Positions 1 to 13,827 are shown, counted from the first letter of the stretch. The stretch is DNA of 64,000 nucleotides from Octopus vulgaris (GCA_951406725.2 OX597836.1:11160001-11224000); one strand, 5' to 3'. Notes: generated by a model not told the origin, from the letters alone. Numbers and translations are program-made.

Positions 1-85
1 TACTCTTTTACTCTTTTACTTATTTCAGTCTTTTGACTGTGGCCATGCTGGAGCAACGCCTATAGTCGAGCAAATCGACCCCAGG
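1..85 (-). mobile_element. Family A SINE, 3' tail fragment
   Basis: Reverse complement of the family A tail (ctggggtcgatttgctcgac...gctccagcatggcc.cagtcaaa.gactgaaa.aagtaaaagagtaaaagagta) seen in many copies in the window. Confidence 0.85.
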
Positions 86-741
86 ATGTTAGCTTGAAAC
101 ACTGTATATTTATTCCCAAATCTGTCTCTGTCAAACTCTCAGCTTTGACTAGTTTGAAATATTTTCAAGAGAAAGTTTACGAATCTGGTTGTGGATAAAG
201 AAGACTGAACAAATTTAGCAATTTTTGGCAAAATATGTACCCTTTTACCAAGTTATAACAAAAAGTTAGTGAAATATTTTTAAATGTTTACAGTTGGATA
301 GATAGACAAATATAACAAAATAATTTGATAAAAAATGTGAATTTTTAATTATTTTCTGAGATTTTACAAAAACAACAAAAATATTTTTTGTGTTGTGTGC
401 ACCTACCTAGGCGATGAAGTAGTCATTTTCGACGGAAGGGGGCCAGCTAGTAATATACAGTATGCGATAAGGAACATCTTCATTTTTGACGAAAGGAATA
501 CTTGCTTTTCGTAATTCTTTGCAAGGAGAAAGCTTTCATGGCATAGCTGCAAACACTTTTCTCTTGACATATCATCTTGACATTTTCGAAAACACCAATC
601 TCTCTTCCAATTCGAATGATTAAAGTTAATTTTTATGAATGTAATTATCGATGAATTTTAACAAGTCGACAACACAACTTCCTTCTCTTTAAAGCAATTT
701 TAATGATAAAATAATACCATATCATAAAAATACTTTTATAT

Positions 742-972
<231 letters not shown>

Positions 973-1334
973 TATATATTTTATACAATTCACAACTGAA
1001 TAATGTCATATTCTGTGCATTTCCTCATAAACTGCTAATACATTATGTGAGAAATTATATATATTAATTAGCATGTTACGCCATTCAATAATATTATGTA
1101 TTCTATTAGCTTCTGATCAGGCTGTCGTTTCTCTGTGTTGTTTAATGACAGAAATTAATATGGATTTCTGTCATGAATTGTTTATGTAACAGCGTAACAC
1201 AATTATATTTTGTTTAAATATTCGAGCGGCTTTTTTATCATCTCATAAATCAAACATAAATCTCTGTATTTGAAGGATCATATCATGTGTTATGCTATAA
1301 ATTACGTATCTCGTATTTAATAATCCTTTCTAAT

Positions 1335-1990
1335 TTTAGCACAAGGCCGGCAATTTTTGAGGGAAGGGGTAAGTCGATTACATCGATCCACAGTGCTCAG
1401 GAACCTCGAAGGGATGGAAGGTACGGTCGATCTTGGCGAAATTTGAACTCAGAACGTAAATACTCGGGATATATGCTGCTAAGCGTTTTGCCAGACATGG
1501 TACCGTCTCTGCCAGATCATCGCCTTCGTTTCATCGTAAGTAATTCTTCTTAATCTTATTTCTTTACTACCCACAAGGGGCTAAACACAGAGAGGACAAA
1601 CAAGGACAGACAAACGGATTAAGTAGATTATATCGACCCCAGTGCGCAAGTGGTACTTATTTAATCGACCCCGAAAGGATGAAAGGCAAAATCGACCTCA
1701 GCGGAATTTGAACTCAGAACCTAGCAGCAGACGAAATACAGGTATGCATTTCGCCCGGCGTGCTTACGTTTCTGCCAGCTTGCCGCCATATGGTAAGCAA
1801 TTTTTGAGGGGAGGGGGAGTCGATTACATCGACCTCAGTACTCAACTAATATTTATTCTATCGACACGAATAGGCTGAAAGGTAAAATCGATCTTGGAGG
1901 GAACTGAACTCAGAACGTACTGAGTCGAAAGAAATGTCACTATGCAATTCTGTCAGCCACGGTTTCGATTCTGGCGGCTCGATGCCCTTC
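1335..1990 (-). mobile_element. Cluster of three family B SINE copies (1560-1787 well conserved; flanking two decayed, alternative tail)
   Basis: Repeated cgaccccgaaaggatgaaaggcaaa.tcgacctc.gcggaatttgaactcagaac motif matching other family B copies. Confidence 0.8.
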
Positions 1991-2025
1991 TTGCATTATT
2001 TGATAACTTGAGTCATATAGGTACA

Positions 2026-2570
2026 GGCGTGTCTAAGTGGTAAGAATTTTGCTTCGCAACTGCATGGTTCCGAGTTCAGATCCGCTACGTGGCACCTTGG
2101 GAAAATGTCCGCCGAGGGTGATGAATTGAGTTCTTGAGCAACACATTTCATTTCATATTGCTCCAGTCCGTGCAGCTCTAAATGAGTTCCACGAACAACA
2201 GCGGGGAAGTTCAACTTGCAATAGACCAGCATTCCTTTGAAGACGGCGTGTTGGAATCTCAGTCATTTACATGTTATGGAAACCGAGTGAAGTTCTGGTC
2301 TTATGAGGCCTAGAGGCTCATGAAAGACCTAAATTTAAGTCCAAGTCACTTTAAGATCGTATGAATGTGGTTTCGATTCCTTGACCGGACAATGCGTCGG
2401 ATTATTGAGCAAAAACATAATTTCACGTTCAGGTAGTCCACGCAGCAGCAATTGAATTTCAGCATAACCGGAGTAGTTAACCTTGTAAAGGATTTTCGTC
2501 CCGTTCAAGGACAGCGAGTGTTGTAATCTATCATGAACACCAGGCATATAAAAAAATGCCCGCGAGCCGC
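2026..2570 (+). mobile_element. Old, decayed tRNA-derived SINE remnants (family A-like head, then CORE/V-domain-like bodies)
   Basis: B-box-like gagttcagatcc and ggtttcgattcc, followed by ttgagcaa.aca..tttca..ttgctccagtcc..cagct segments; highly diverged. Confidence 0.5.
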
Positions 2571-2673
2571 ATGCAGTCATTTTCCAACTCTAGTGCGAAC
2601 CATGAGTAGCGTAGCTAGCGGTTTAAAAATGGGGAGATTGAAAATTTTTAAATAATAAAAATAATTAATAATA

Positions 2674-3029
2674 TGTGTGGTAAGTAGCTTGCTTACCAAC
2701 TACATGTTCTGGGTTCAGTCCCATTGCGTGGCACCAAGAGCCGACCAAAGCCTTGTGAGTGGATTTAGTAGACGGAAACTGAAAGAAGCCCGTCGGATAT
2801 ATGTATATATATGTGTGTTTGTGTGTCTGTGTTTGTCCTCCTAACAAAGCTTGACAACCGATTCTGGTGTGTTTACGTCTCCGTAACTTAGCGGTTCGGC
2901 AAAACAGACTGATAGAACAAGTAGAAGGCTTACAAAGAATAAGTTCTGGGTCTATTTGCTCGAGGCGGTGCTCCAGTATGGCCGCAGTCAAATGACTGAA
3001 ACAAGTAAAAGAGTAAAAGAGAGTAAAGA
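2674..3029 (+). mobile_element. Family A SINE
   Basis: tRNA-like head (tggtaagtagc...gggttcagtccc), internal TA/TG microsatellite, gtaaaagagtaaaagag tail. Confidence 0.9.
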
Positions 3030-3964
3030 GCAGTTAAAATATAGAATGGCGCTAAACATCTTACCTGACGTGCGAACGACTCTGCCAACTCAACGCCTTA
3101 TGGATAAGCAAATATCAAGGTAACATATCTGCATGCGTCTCGTTTCTTCCCATCGATTTATGCCTAATGCGTTTGAAAGAAGACCTAGCTGCTACTCCAC
3201 TCCATCACCATTGTTATCCATCATTTATTCTCTTACAGGCAAATATAAATATAATAGAAAAACACTGTTGTATATTTGTCTTGCTTCTTATAACCAAGCT
3301 TCATACTCTCTGACCGGTTCTGTCTGGTTTCTTATACATACCAGGAAATAATTGAAATCCGCTGTCTGATAATCATTAGTTAATATCATATTTGTCTTGT
3401 GTATTAGATTTTTAAATTATCATTTATATTATTTTTGTTATTAATATAACCTACACATTTTTGTGTTATTATATAAAATAGAATTGTTATATTAACTAGT
3501 ACTTCTGTTGTTTTTTCCCCTCGGTCTCTCTCTCTCTCGTTTTGTTTTACACTCTAATTGATATTTGCTGTAGACACGTACATTAGACAAGCAAAGGAAA
3601 GCTTCATAATCGTATAACCAATTATGTAGACTCAGAACTTTCCAATTTTACATCTGGTTTTTGGAAACTGATGTTTTTTTTTAATAAATGACATATAATT
3701 CGATCTCAGGTGGGACAGAGGTTTGTTGTTCTATTCTTTCTTTCTTTTTTTTTTCTGTATTAATTCCAGGCATTGGTCTCGTCTCTTCTGTTGGTGATGC
3801 CGGGACACCTGTCAATGGTTGTAATCAATCATATCGATCTCAGTTCTTATTTCTGTCCATCGATCAATATCTTATCGATCGAGTGACATAGTTACCTTTT
3901 GACTGACACCGCTGAAGTTTTTCTTTCTTTTGGTACCAGAGTCAAATACACGCACGAAAGCACC

Positions 3965-3968
<4 letters not shown>

Positions 3969-4048
<80 letters not shown>
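3969..4048. repeat. (CA)n microsatellite
   Basis: Direct reading. Confidence 0.97.
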
Positions 4049-4052
<4 letters not shown>

Positions 4053-4115
4053 GCTAGACAGATAAATTATGTGCGTGTGTGTGTGTATATATATATACAG
4101 AGAGATAGAGAGAGA

Positions 4116-4408
4116 GTGGAGGCGCAATGGTCCAGTGGTTAGGGCAGCGGACTCGTGGTCGTAGAGTCGCGGTTTTGATTCCCAGACCAGGCGTTGTGAG
4201 TGTTTATTGAAAACACCCAAAAGTTCCTCGAGGCCACGGCAGGGGATGGAGGGGATCCCTGCTGTACCCTTTCGACACAACTTAATCTCACCCTGCTCGC
4301 TTAGCCAGCGGGGTGGTATCATTTGAAGGTTAAAACAATACGAAGCGTATTGTGACCAGCGATGTGTAGCAACATCTGACAGCCTGGTCGGTCAAGTGAT
4401 CACGTGAT
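4116..4408 (+). mobile_element. Family C SINE, tail variant 2 (tRNA-Arg-like head; OR1/OR2-like)
   Basis: Head gtggaggcgcaatgg.ccagtggttagggcagcggactcg is shared with 14367 and 53982, but the 3' half differs and ends ggtcaagtgatcacgtgat. Confidence 0.85.
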
Positions 4409-4415
4409 ATATATA

Positions 4416-4836
4416 GGCGCTGGAGTAGCTGTGTGGTAAGTAGCATGCTTACCAACCACATTGGTTCCGGGTTCAGTCCCACTGCGTAATACTTTGGGCA
4501 AGTGTCTCTTCTACTCTAGCCTCGAGCCGACCAAGGCCTAGTGAGTGCATTTGGTAGATGGAAACTGAAAGAAGCCCACCGTATATATATATGTATATGT
4601 TTGTGTGTGTGTGCGTGTGTGTGTGTGTGTGTGTGCTTATCTGTCTGTGTATGTCTGGCACCATCGCCTCGCCACCGATGTTGGTACTTTTACGTCCCCG
4701 AAACTTAGCTATTAGGCAAAAGGGTCCGATAGAATAAATGCTTAGCTTACAAAAATAAGTCCTAGTGTCGATTTGTTCGACTAAAAGGTGGTGCCCCAGC
4801 ACGGCCGCAGTCATATGACTAAAACAAATATAAGAA
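4416..4836 (+). mobile_element. Family A SINE, full length
   Basis: Head ggcgc.ggagt.gctgtgtggtaag, B box gggttcagtccc, internal microsatellite, tail. Confidence 0.9.
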
Positions 4837-4871
4837 CAAACAGACACACACACACACACATATATATAACA

Positions 4872-5084
4872 TTTTACTGCTTTTCAGTCGTAGGACTGCG
4901 ACCATGATGGAGCACCGCCTTTAGTCGAACAAATACTAGGCTTCTTCTTTGTCAGCTTAGTATTTATTCTATCGGTCTCTTTTGCCGAACCACTAATGCG
5001 AGGGGACAGAAATACACCAACGTCGGTTGGCAAGCGATGGTGGAGGAGGGGACGAACTCAAACGCAAGAACACACACACACACT

Positions 5085-5120
<36 letters not shown>

Positions 5121-5436
5121 TGCAAACAACTTGCACATGCAAGTGCTACCAGTTAAAAGCTCCTTATATCGGAAGCTAGCAAGTGTATGGGGTCATCAGG
5201 AGAGAATGCGCGCCGTTTCGGGGCCTACCTCTCGACGGCATCAATGCGCACCAGTCCCCCTCGCTGATATGAGGCCCCGCTTGCACGAAGGGCTTCTTTC
5301 AGTTTCTATGTACCAAATCCACTCACAAGGCTTTGGTCGACCCTCGGCTATAGTAGAAGATACACGCCAAAGGTGTTACGCAGTGGGATTGAACCCGGAA
5401 CCATGTGGTTCTGAAGCAAGCTTCTTACCACACAGC
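4872..5436 (-). mobile_element. Family A SINE with about 170 bp of foreign sequence (5119-5287) in its internal microsatellite
   Basis: Both SINE halves match the family A consensus; the intervening GC-rich segment does not. Confidence 0.85.
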
Positions 5437-5462
5437 ATATATGTAAACCACATACATATGTG

Positions 5463-5511
<49 letters not shown>

Positions 5512-5589
5512 GTGTTATTGATTTCCGTAACTTTTGCTTACCAGTGTGTCAACTCGAGCCTATAAAAGAAAGCACTTTCCAAATTAATT

Positions 5590-6131
5590 TCTACTTTACG
5601 CACAAGGCCAGAAATGTTTGGGGAGGGGGTCAGTCGATTGGAGTGACCCAAGTACGCAACTGGTACTTAATTTATCGATCCCGAAAGGATGAAAGGCAAA
5701 GTCGACCTCGGCGGAATTTGAACTCAGAACGTAGCGGCAGACGAAATACCGCTAAGCATTTCGCCCGACGTGCTAACGTTTCTGCCGGGTCGCCGCATTT
5801 CCAAATTTGTAGCAGAAAGGGAGCGAACCCGCCACTGCTTTCTTAAGCAAAGCCAACCTCGGCGGAATTTGAACTCAGAACATAAAGACAGACGAAACAC
5901 CGTTAAGGGTTTCGCCCGGCATGCTAACGTTTCTGCCGGGTCGCCGCATTTCCAAATTTGTAGCAGAAAGGGACCGAACCCGCCACTGCTTTCTTAAGCA
6001 AAGTCAACCTCGGCGGAATTTGAACTCAGATCATAAAGACAGACGAAACACCGCTAAGGGTTTCGCCCGGCATGCTAACGTTTCTGCCGGGTCGCCGCAT
6101 TTCCAAATTTGCAGCTGAAAGGGACCGAACC
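5590..6131 (-). mobile_element. Family B SINE whose head plus flank is triplicated with a 151-bp period
   Basis: Units start at 5696, 5847 and 5998 (gcaaag.c.acctcggcgg...catttccaaatttg.agc.gaaaggga). Confidence 0.9.
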
Positions 6132-6484
6132 TTTCTTACAAAGCAAATTGGATCACCGTTAAAGCTATACTTATTTTTCAATAAGAATCTTCTATTTTCC
6201 ATGTGCTTCGCCAATGTTTCTAACGTCTGCATTCAGCACCATTAATGCAAACCCTTCCGTTCTGTTGAAAACGTGGGCAGTCCTCAAATGCTGACGTATC
6301 CTGAACTGCAGGTGTTTCCGACTTATCTCAAATGAATAAAAACACGCGAGTAAAAAGTTAACTGACGTGTTAACATTAGCAGGTACTTGTTTTCGAAAAA
6401 TGACATATGTTCAAATTAAAATCAGCCACTCTCTTGTTGTATGTGCATGCGTCAGCTTGTATATGTGTGTGTGTGTGTGTGAAT

Positions 6485-6805
6485 GTCGTGGCTTATTTGT
6501 TAGGGTATTTGATTCATGATTGCAACGTCGTGAGTTCTATTCGCGGTGTTGCATTATGTTTTTGAGAAAGACATTTTATTTCACGTTTCTCCCGTCGTCT
6601 CTGCAGCTGGCAATAATGAGTTCTCCCTGTATTTAGAGGGGCCGGCTTTGTTACGTTCTGTGTCACGCTGAACCTTTCTGAGAACCACGTTAATGGGTAC
6701 GTATGTCTATGAAATACTCAGCCACTTGTACGTAAATTTCAAGAGCTGGTTGCTTCGTTGATCGGTTCAACTGGATCCCTCGTCGTCGTAACCGACGGAG
6801 TGCCA
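6485..6805 (+). mobile_element. Older SINE with a CORE-like 5' half and the family C (variant 1) tail
   Basis: 3' end ccctcgtcgtcgtaaccgacggagtgc matches 14720-14747; the 5' half differs from the family C head. Confidence 0.75.
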
Positions 6806-6824
6806 GCGTGTGTGTGTGTGTGCA

Positions 6825-6874
<50 letters not shown>

Positions 6875-7094
6875 TGTGTGTGTATGTGTCTGTGTTTTGT
6901 TTGGTATATCTGAAGGTGAACTGGGACGAAGAATAAAAGATAAACTTGTTATCTGTTCAAACATGCTTGGGGGCCTATTCGAACCCGTAAGAAAGCCTTT
7001 CACTGTGTTGTCATGAAGAAAATTTCTCGCTGTTGATCACGTGGTGTAAATACATCGAATCAGCTCGTAGCGCCACCTGATTATACTGTGGAAT

Positions 7095-7130
7095 GAATGC
7101 ATTTCGGAGTAGTTATTCCCTCTTCAGCAA
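7095..7130 (-). ncRNA. Degenerate minimal hammerhead-ribozyme-like motif
   Basis: Minus strand reads CUGAAGA-GGGaauaacuacUCC-GAAA-UGCAUUC. Core boxes are intact; stems I and III are poor. Confidence 0.35.
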
Positions 7131-7680
7131 CAGAATTCGGACAAGGCGACGCTGCGAGCTGATGCGGATCACATCTCTCTTATGATATTTCCGTCATCGT
7201 TCAATGACTGGTATTGCTACTCATTGGCTCATCGTAAATTTCCTATCGTTGCTTCAAACTTACTGCATTTGATGGTATATTTTACACACTTTTCTTTTCG
7301 AAAACCTATCTCAAAGAAACAAACCCGCTCTGTGTCCTTTAAGCGGAATTGCTCCTCTCATAAGCGAGTTACATCCCAGAATCTCACCACCATAGGCTAA
7401 CTTTAAATAACCTAGAAACAGTTTTCTTTTACCAACATACAGTATTGGCTTTTGCTATGACTGAGGCATTTTTTGTAATGTTTTGTAACACCCTGTTAAA
7501 TAGCTTTAAATATTACATGATTTAATACATAAAGAACTCTTTGTATTCTTACTGAATATGCACATCTGAAATTAGGGTGCGTCAAACATGCCCTCGGGTC
7601 TTTCATGCTTTCACGGATTGTACTTAGAACTATGGACTATCGCATGGACTATCGCATACAATATTTCTCTTTCTTTCTCT

Positions 7681-7956
7681 CTTTACTCTTTTACTCTTTT
7701 CTCTTTTACTTGTTTCAGACATCTGACTGTGGCCATGCTGGAGCACCGCCTTTAGTCGAGAAAATCGACCCCAGGACTTATTCTTTGTAAACCTAGTACT
7801 TATTGTTTCGTTCTCTTTCGCCGAACCGCTAAGTTACAGGAACGTAAACACACCAGCATCGATTGTCAAGCGATGTTAGGGGACTAACACAGACACAAAC
7901 ATATACACATACAGATATATATATATATATATAGATAGATAGATAGATAGATAGAT

Positions 7957-8011
<55 letters not shown>

Positions 8012-8187
8012 CATATATATAAGACGGGCTTCTTTCGGTTTCCGTCTATCAAATCCACTCACAAGGTTTTGGTCGGCCCGAGGCTATAGAAGAAGACATT
8101 TGCCCAAGGTGCCACGCAGTGGGACTCAACAACCCGGAATTATGTGATTCGTAAGCAAGCTACTTACCACACAGCCACTCCTACGCC
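7681..8187 (-). mobile_element. Family A SINE, full length, with internal (TA)/(GATA) repeat
   Basis: Matches the family A consensus end to end. Confidence 0.92.
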
Positions 8188-9394
8188 TCTCTTTCTCTCT
8201 CTTCCTCTCTCTGTCTCACATTTCCATATGCACATGCGCAAACATATATGCACACACTAAATCGCCATTACAAACAGCTACATAAACATACATGCACACA
8301 TACACGCGCATACTCTCTCTCACACACACACTTATACCCATATATAGAATATGGAAATTCGTAATGGCGAATTGTCAACGTTTTCAACTATAAAATGAAA
8401 CTATACAGGGATTTTGAAGCATATAATATATTTAAGTAAATAACGTAGGCATGCGATTAATCAATAGAAAGCATTAGAATTGACCATGATATAATATACA
8501 TACATACACACACACATATGTATATGTATATATATATGAATTTATGAATAATAATTACTATACACAATAAGGTCGAATCTCAGCGTCCCTGATGGCATGT
8601 TATCAATAAAGTTTATTGTTCCTATAAAGATATCAACAGATTTCTGGTTTAAAGTGACAACATATTACTGCGTGTGATATACAAAACTTAATGAATCATG
8701 TGAGAATATGTTCATACAAGTCCAACCTCTCAGCTGATCTTCACGGAGTTGACCCAAAGGAATATGCGCTTGGTTTTCTTATCTGAGTGACATTTCTGTC
8801 AAACATGCTTTACAGCGCTTCTAAAGATGCGAATTATTCCATTTACAGTTCAATGGTTAACGATTTTATTGTAAAGAATCGTCGGAGAGAAATATTATCT
8901 GCAACGTTTGGCTCTACAAAATGATGGGTGAGTTCTATAGCTCGAAACAATATTGGTTGTTCGGAACATGAATTAAGATTTTCAGCATGGTAAATTAGCT
9001 TGGCAAAGTAGATAACCCTCTTCAAACTATCGTAGGATTTTACTTTCGGTGCTGCAGGAAATCAATCCGTTGTCAACATGTGTTAACAATGATGTGTTTC
9101 GCTTACAGCAATAATCTCGGCTTACGCTGCAGCACTCATAACAAGAACGCTCTGGTAAAAGACATTTTTTTAAAAGCAGAATCTACTCATGTGTCATTTT
9201 TAATGTCTACGGTCTTTTTTTTTTTTTTTTTTCATATTCCGGATAAAATCTAAGTTTATACAGTATAATTGTTTCGAAAGATATATTTTGTAAGAATAGC
9301 AAATTAGATAAAGGAAAGAGTGACAATCCTATCCTCGTAACGACGCAAGCAAAACTTGGAATATAGGTACGGACTTGAGATGGGTTTATACATA

Positions 9395-9620
9395 GGCGCA
9401 GGAGTGGCTGTGTGGTAAGTAGCTTGCTTACCAACCACATGGTTCCGCGTTCAGTCCCACTGCGTGGCACCTTGGGCAAGTATCTTCTACTATAGCCTCG
9501 GGCCGACCAAAGCCTTGTGAGTGGATTTGGTAGACGGAAACTGAAAGAAGCCCGTCGTATATATATATATATAGACGCAGGAGAGGTTGTGTAGTAAATA
9601 GCTTGCTTACCAGCCACATA
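9395..9620 (+). mobile_element. Family A SINE 5' half plus a second decayed head
   Basis: ggcgcaggagtggctgtgtggtaag...aagaagcccgtcg(ta)n, then gacgcaggagaggttgtgtagtaaa. Confidence 0.88.
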
Positions 9621-10123
9621 TCGCAACTCATATATTTCTAAATATTTTAGTGATATCCCCATTAATTAAAGGCAAAGTCTTAGTTGCTATTTATCCCCAA
9701 GTGTGTGTGCGTGTGTGTGTGTGAGAGAGAGGGTGAAGAAAGAGTTTGCCACTTACACATACATGAGAACACACACGTTCACTCACACTCTTTGTCCCCA
9801 CGTAGATACAAAAGAGATATGTAATCAAGTACATTCCAGGCTTGGCCATCCTGTCTGAATTTTGAAGACTAAATTATCCATTGTAACATTCGGTATATTT
9901 TTGTGGGATGACTGTGTGGCGTTTATAATACGCTATGGTGGAATTTAAAACATATTAACTTATTGCTATGACTTGCAGAATAACCGACCTCTCAGTGTTT
10001 CAAACGGATGATCACGGTTGGATAAGGTCGTTTCTCCTGTCAAGGATTCACTGTTTGTAGTTGAAAAGATCTGGCAATTACTGACCATATGTTGAAGATA
10101 CGATGTGCGTTCGTCCATTTTTA

Positions 10124-10690
10124 TTGGGTTGTCCGGAAAGTTCGTGCCGATTTATAGTAGCTTACATTTCAACATATTTTAGAACATGGTTGAGTGCATA
10201 AAATAGGATTTGACTACACCTCCATTTAGAGCACAGTTTAAACTAGCTCTTCGTGGAAGAAGGCTTATGTTCCTATAAACTGTGTTAATTCTGTAACCCT
10301 TTAAAATGGAAGATAAGAAAGTTCATTTTCGGCACTTGATGCTTTGGGAACCAGACAAAAATTGCTGCAGCTCGGCTGGGATGTGTTACCCCACCCTCCA
10401 TATTCACCAGATATTGCTTCTTCGGATTTCCATATATTCGGGTCTCTGCAGAATAGTTTTAGTGGTAAAAATTTTAATTCCTTGGATGACGTAAAAAGAT
10501 ACCTTGATGAATTCTTTGCCATGAAGCCACCTCAATTTTGGGAAGAGGGTATTTTCAAATTAAAGGAAAGATGGAGACGCATTGTGCAACAAAATGATTC
10601 ATATTTGGTTAATTAAAAAATGTAATGGCAAGTATTTATTGAACTTTTTCTTTCCTTTAAAAATCGGCACGAACTTTCCGGACAACCCAA
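10124..10690 (+). mobile_element. Internally deleted (non-autonomous) mariner element, 567 bp
   Basis: Perfect 30-bp TIRs (ttgggttgtccggaaagttcgtgccgattt at 10124-10153 and 10661-10690) and TA target duplication. Transposase N-terminus MEDKKVHFRHLMLWE is fused out of frame to a C-terminus containing LGWDVLPHPPYSPDIASSDFHIF (mariner YSPDL/D34D region). Confidence 0.96.
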
Positions 10691-11389
10691 TATATATATT
10701 TGAACCACATTAAAAAAATAAACGCTATAAAAAGACCATTGCTTATCAAAGAAGAGCATTGAGATATAATTCTTTTAAAACATTTCTTTGCTGCCTCAAT
10801 ATATCTCAGTGGTTGGTTATAAAGTTAAGCAAAAGATAAGCTGTAATACATACGTACATGTAAAAAGTAGCTTTCAACGGAAACATTATCTTCTGCTTTT
10901 TACGCGATCCCTAGGGGAGGTCGACATGCAATTTAAAACGGCACACTTTGCACTGGAACAAATCATTTGGATATTTTATGGTGTTTGTATATATTAGAGA
11001 AGAAGACATTCGGCAATTTATGGGGGAATCCTCTGAGCTGTAGTTTTATTTTTATGCTGATGTACGCCTTTTTCTTAATATTAAACTTTATGATGGGGAA
11101 TCTTTGTACTTCGATTTATATAACGCTGAGAACGATGTTACATTTTGTCCCTTCGTAGTCGATATAAATTTATCTAAAGTCTCATTAAAAGGAAATGCTG
11201 TTATTACAAACATACACACAAACTCGACTCACTTCTATCTTTCTCTCTCTCTCTCTCTCTCTCTCTCAAACACACGTACACATATATACACACGCACACA
11301 TATATACACATGCAAATTTAGAAAAACAATCACCACATTCTCTTGTGTGTGTGAGTGTGTGTGTATGTGTAAGTATATAAATGCATGAT

Positions 11390-11400
11390 TATATATATAC

Positions 11401-11451
<51 letters not shown>

Positions 11452-11519
11452 TATTATATACATATATGTACATATTCTAAAATATATTCATATATACATA
11501 TATATGTACATATATATAC

Positions 11520-11552
<33 letters not shown>

Positions 11553-11656
11553 TATATGTAAATATATGTATGAATATATATATGAACATATGTATATATA
11601 CCCATACACCCCCACACACACAGACAAATAGACGGGCAGAACACGTATGTAGATAT

Positions 11657-11705
<49 letters not shown>

Positions 11706-12098
11706 TATCTAGGTATATACAACATTTATACGGAGTATATAGAGTTACGCACACACCCATACGTATATACACATATACATACATATATCTAGACATAGAT
11801 ATATATGTGTATGCGTGTTCTATGTACATATATGTATGTGGATACATATGCATACTAACATTTAAATGGGAATAAGAGGTGAAAAAATAGGTTTCTCGGG
11901 ACTTAAAGTAGCGATATAGAATTTAATGTGCGGTGAAACTTCGAAAAATCATTTTTTATTACATCCGATCTGCCGGAACGTCCGAATATCGGATGCAGGG
12001 AGCTCAGCGTCATGCTTAATTAAGTTCCAGCTCCTAATACGGATACGTACGTGGATACATTCTAAAAAGATACCTTTGTTATACATATACATATACAT

Positions 12099-12191
<93 letters not shown>

Positions 12192-12407
12192 TATATATAT
12201 ATAATATATATGCATATATATAAAATATATGCATATATATATATATAAAAATATATATACATATATATACATGTTTATATATATATTTATATATATGTAT
12301 ATACGTTTATACATATGGATATATATATAATGCATGTTTATACATATATATAAACGTATATATTCATATATATGTATATATATACATATCTTTATATGTA
12401 TATACAC

Positions 12408-12470
<63 letters not shown>

Positions 12471-12675
12471 TACATATAGGCGTACATTTGTATAAGTATA
12501 TACACAGACACATAAAGCCGTACTAGATACACACACATACACACAAATGTACAAATATACATGTCTATCTGCTTTCTTCAGATTATATACTCACATGCAT
12601 ATAGAGGTATATGCATATAAACATACATACTCCTAATCATGTTGTTACATTACATCCTTATACATACATGCACAG

Positions 12676-12713
<38 letters not shown>

Positions 12714-12728
12714 GTCTGTAAACGTGTT

Positions 12729-12788
<60 letters not shown>

Positions 12789-12880
12789 TCTGTACACACA
12801 TACACACACATGTATGTATATGTGTTAATGTGCATGCATTGATACATATATATCTACGCACACACAACACGCACACACGA
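11390..12880. repeat. Large compound TA/CA/TACA low-complexity region
   Basis: Direct reading; source of the many IY/YI/CV ORFs; about 200 bp of unique sequence near 11860-12075. Confidence 0.92.
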
Positions 12881-13530
12881 TTCAAATGTATGTATTCTCT
12901 TCATCTACAAAATTGCCTTGGCGTCTAGTAAAAATAATAATAAACGAAAAAAAAATTCCTCAGTTAAATTTCCATACATAAAATGGAAAGTAAACAGCAA
13001 ACGAAAATGTTAATGTTTAACAGTGATCAAGGCAAATTACTTCGTATTTATATGAATGAAGCAATATCTAGAATGACTTAGCCGTGTAAAGAGAGCGCCT
13101 TATCGATTTGCATCGCATTGTTTAATGTTCACGTCTTTTTTCTGTCAATTTATTTCTTTACTCTGGTTTACATTTCTTTCTTTTTCTATTCGGCGATATT
13201 TTATTTGAAGCCGAGAACTGTACGAAGGTGGATTGTCCTACTGAATAAATCACTTTTAAAGCTGCTAACATAAACAGCATTTATATCAAGCGAACCAGAA
13301 ATAGTTTCCTGCCTTGGTAATTTTTGCATATTACGCAACAGCATTTTTTACTAATGGATTTGTGCAAGCTGATATCGTAAGTATTAGGTTTAAGCGGCAA
13401 TGTGAGCTGGCAAGACGTTTGTAAATAGATGGTGAGTGCTGCTGATCGAGCAACCCAAGTGAAGCAGTTTCAATTCCTAGTCAAGACACCGTCCCTTCGA
13501 TTCAATGACTAATTCTACTGAGCAATATAA

Positions 13531-13826
13531 CTCCTCTTTTACTCTTTTACTTGTTTCAGTTATTGACTACGACCATGCTGGATCACCGCCTTTAGTCGAG
13601 CAAATCGACCCCGGGACTTATTCTTTGTAAGCCCAGTACTAATTCTATCGGTCTCTTTTGCCGAACCGCTAAGTGATGGGGACATAAACACACCAGCATC
13701 GGCTGTCAAGCAATGCTAGGGGGACAAACGCAAACAGACACACACACACATATATATATATACATATATACGACGGGCTTCTTTGAGTTTCCGTCTACTA
13801 AATCTATTCACAAGGTTTTGGTCGGC
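13531..13826 (-). mobile_element. Family A SINE lacking its head
   Basis: Tail and body match the consensus; breaks at ggtcggc, directly abutting the PLE fragment. Confidence 0.9.
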
Positions 13827-13827
13827 A

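Noticed and set aside
86-451. Possible Helitron remnant ending gccagCTAG|T at 450
   Set aside because: No convincing subterminal hairpin or 5' TC end.
3771-3891. Plus-strand acceptor-like site (similar sites at 57964 and 61255) followed by short open frames
   Set aside because: No recognisable protein and no consistent exon chain; such sites are common in AT-rich DNA.
8849-8927. AG...GTGAGT-bounded plus-strand segment
   Set aside because: Stop codons in all three frames and no other support.
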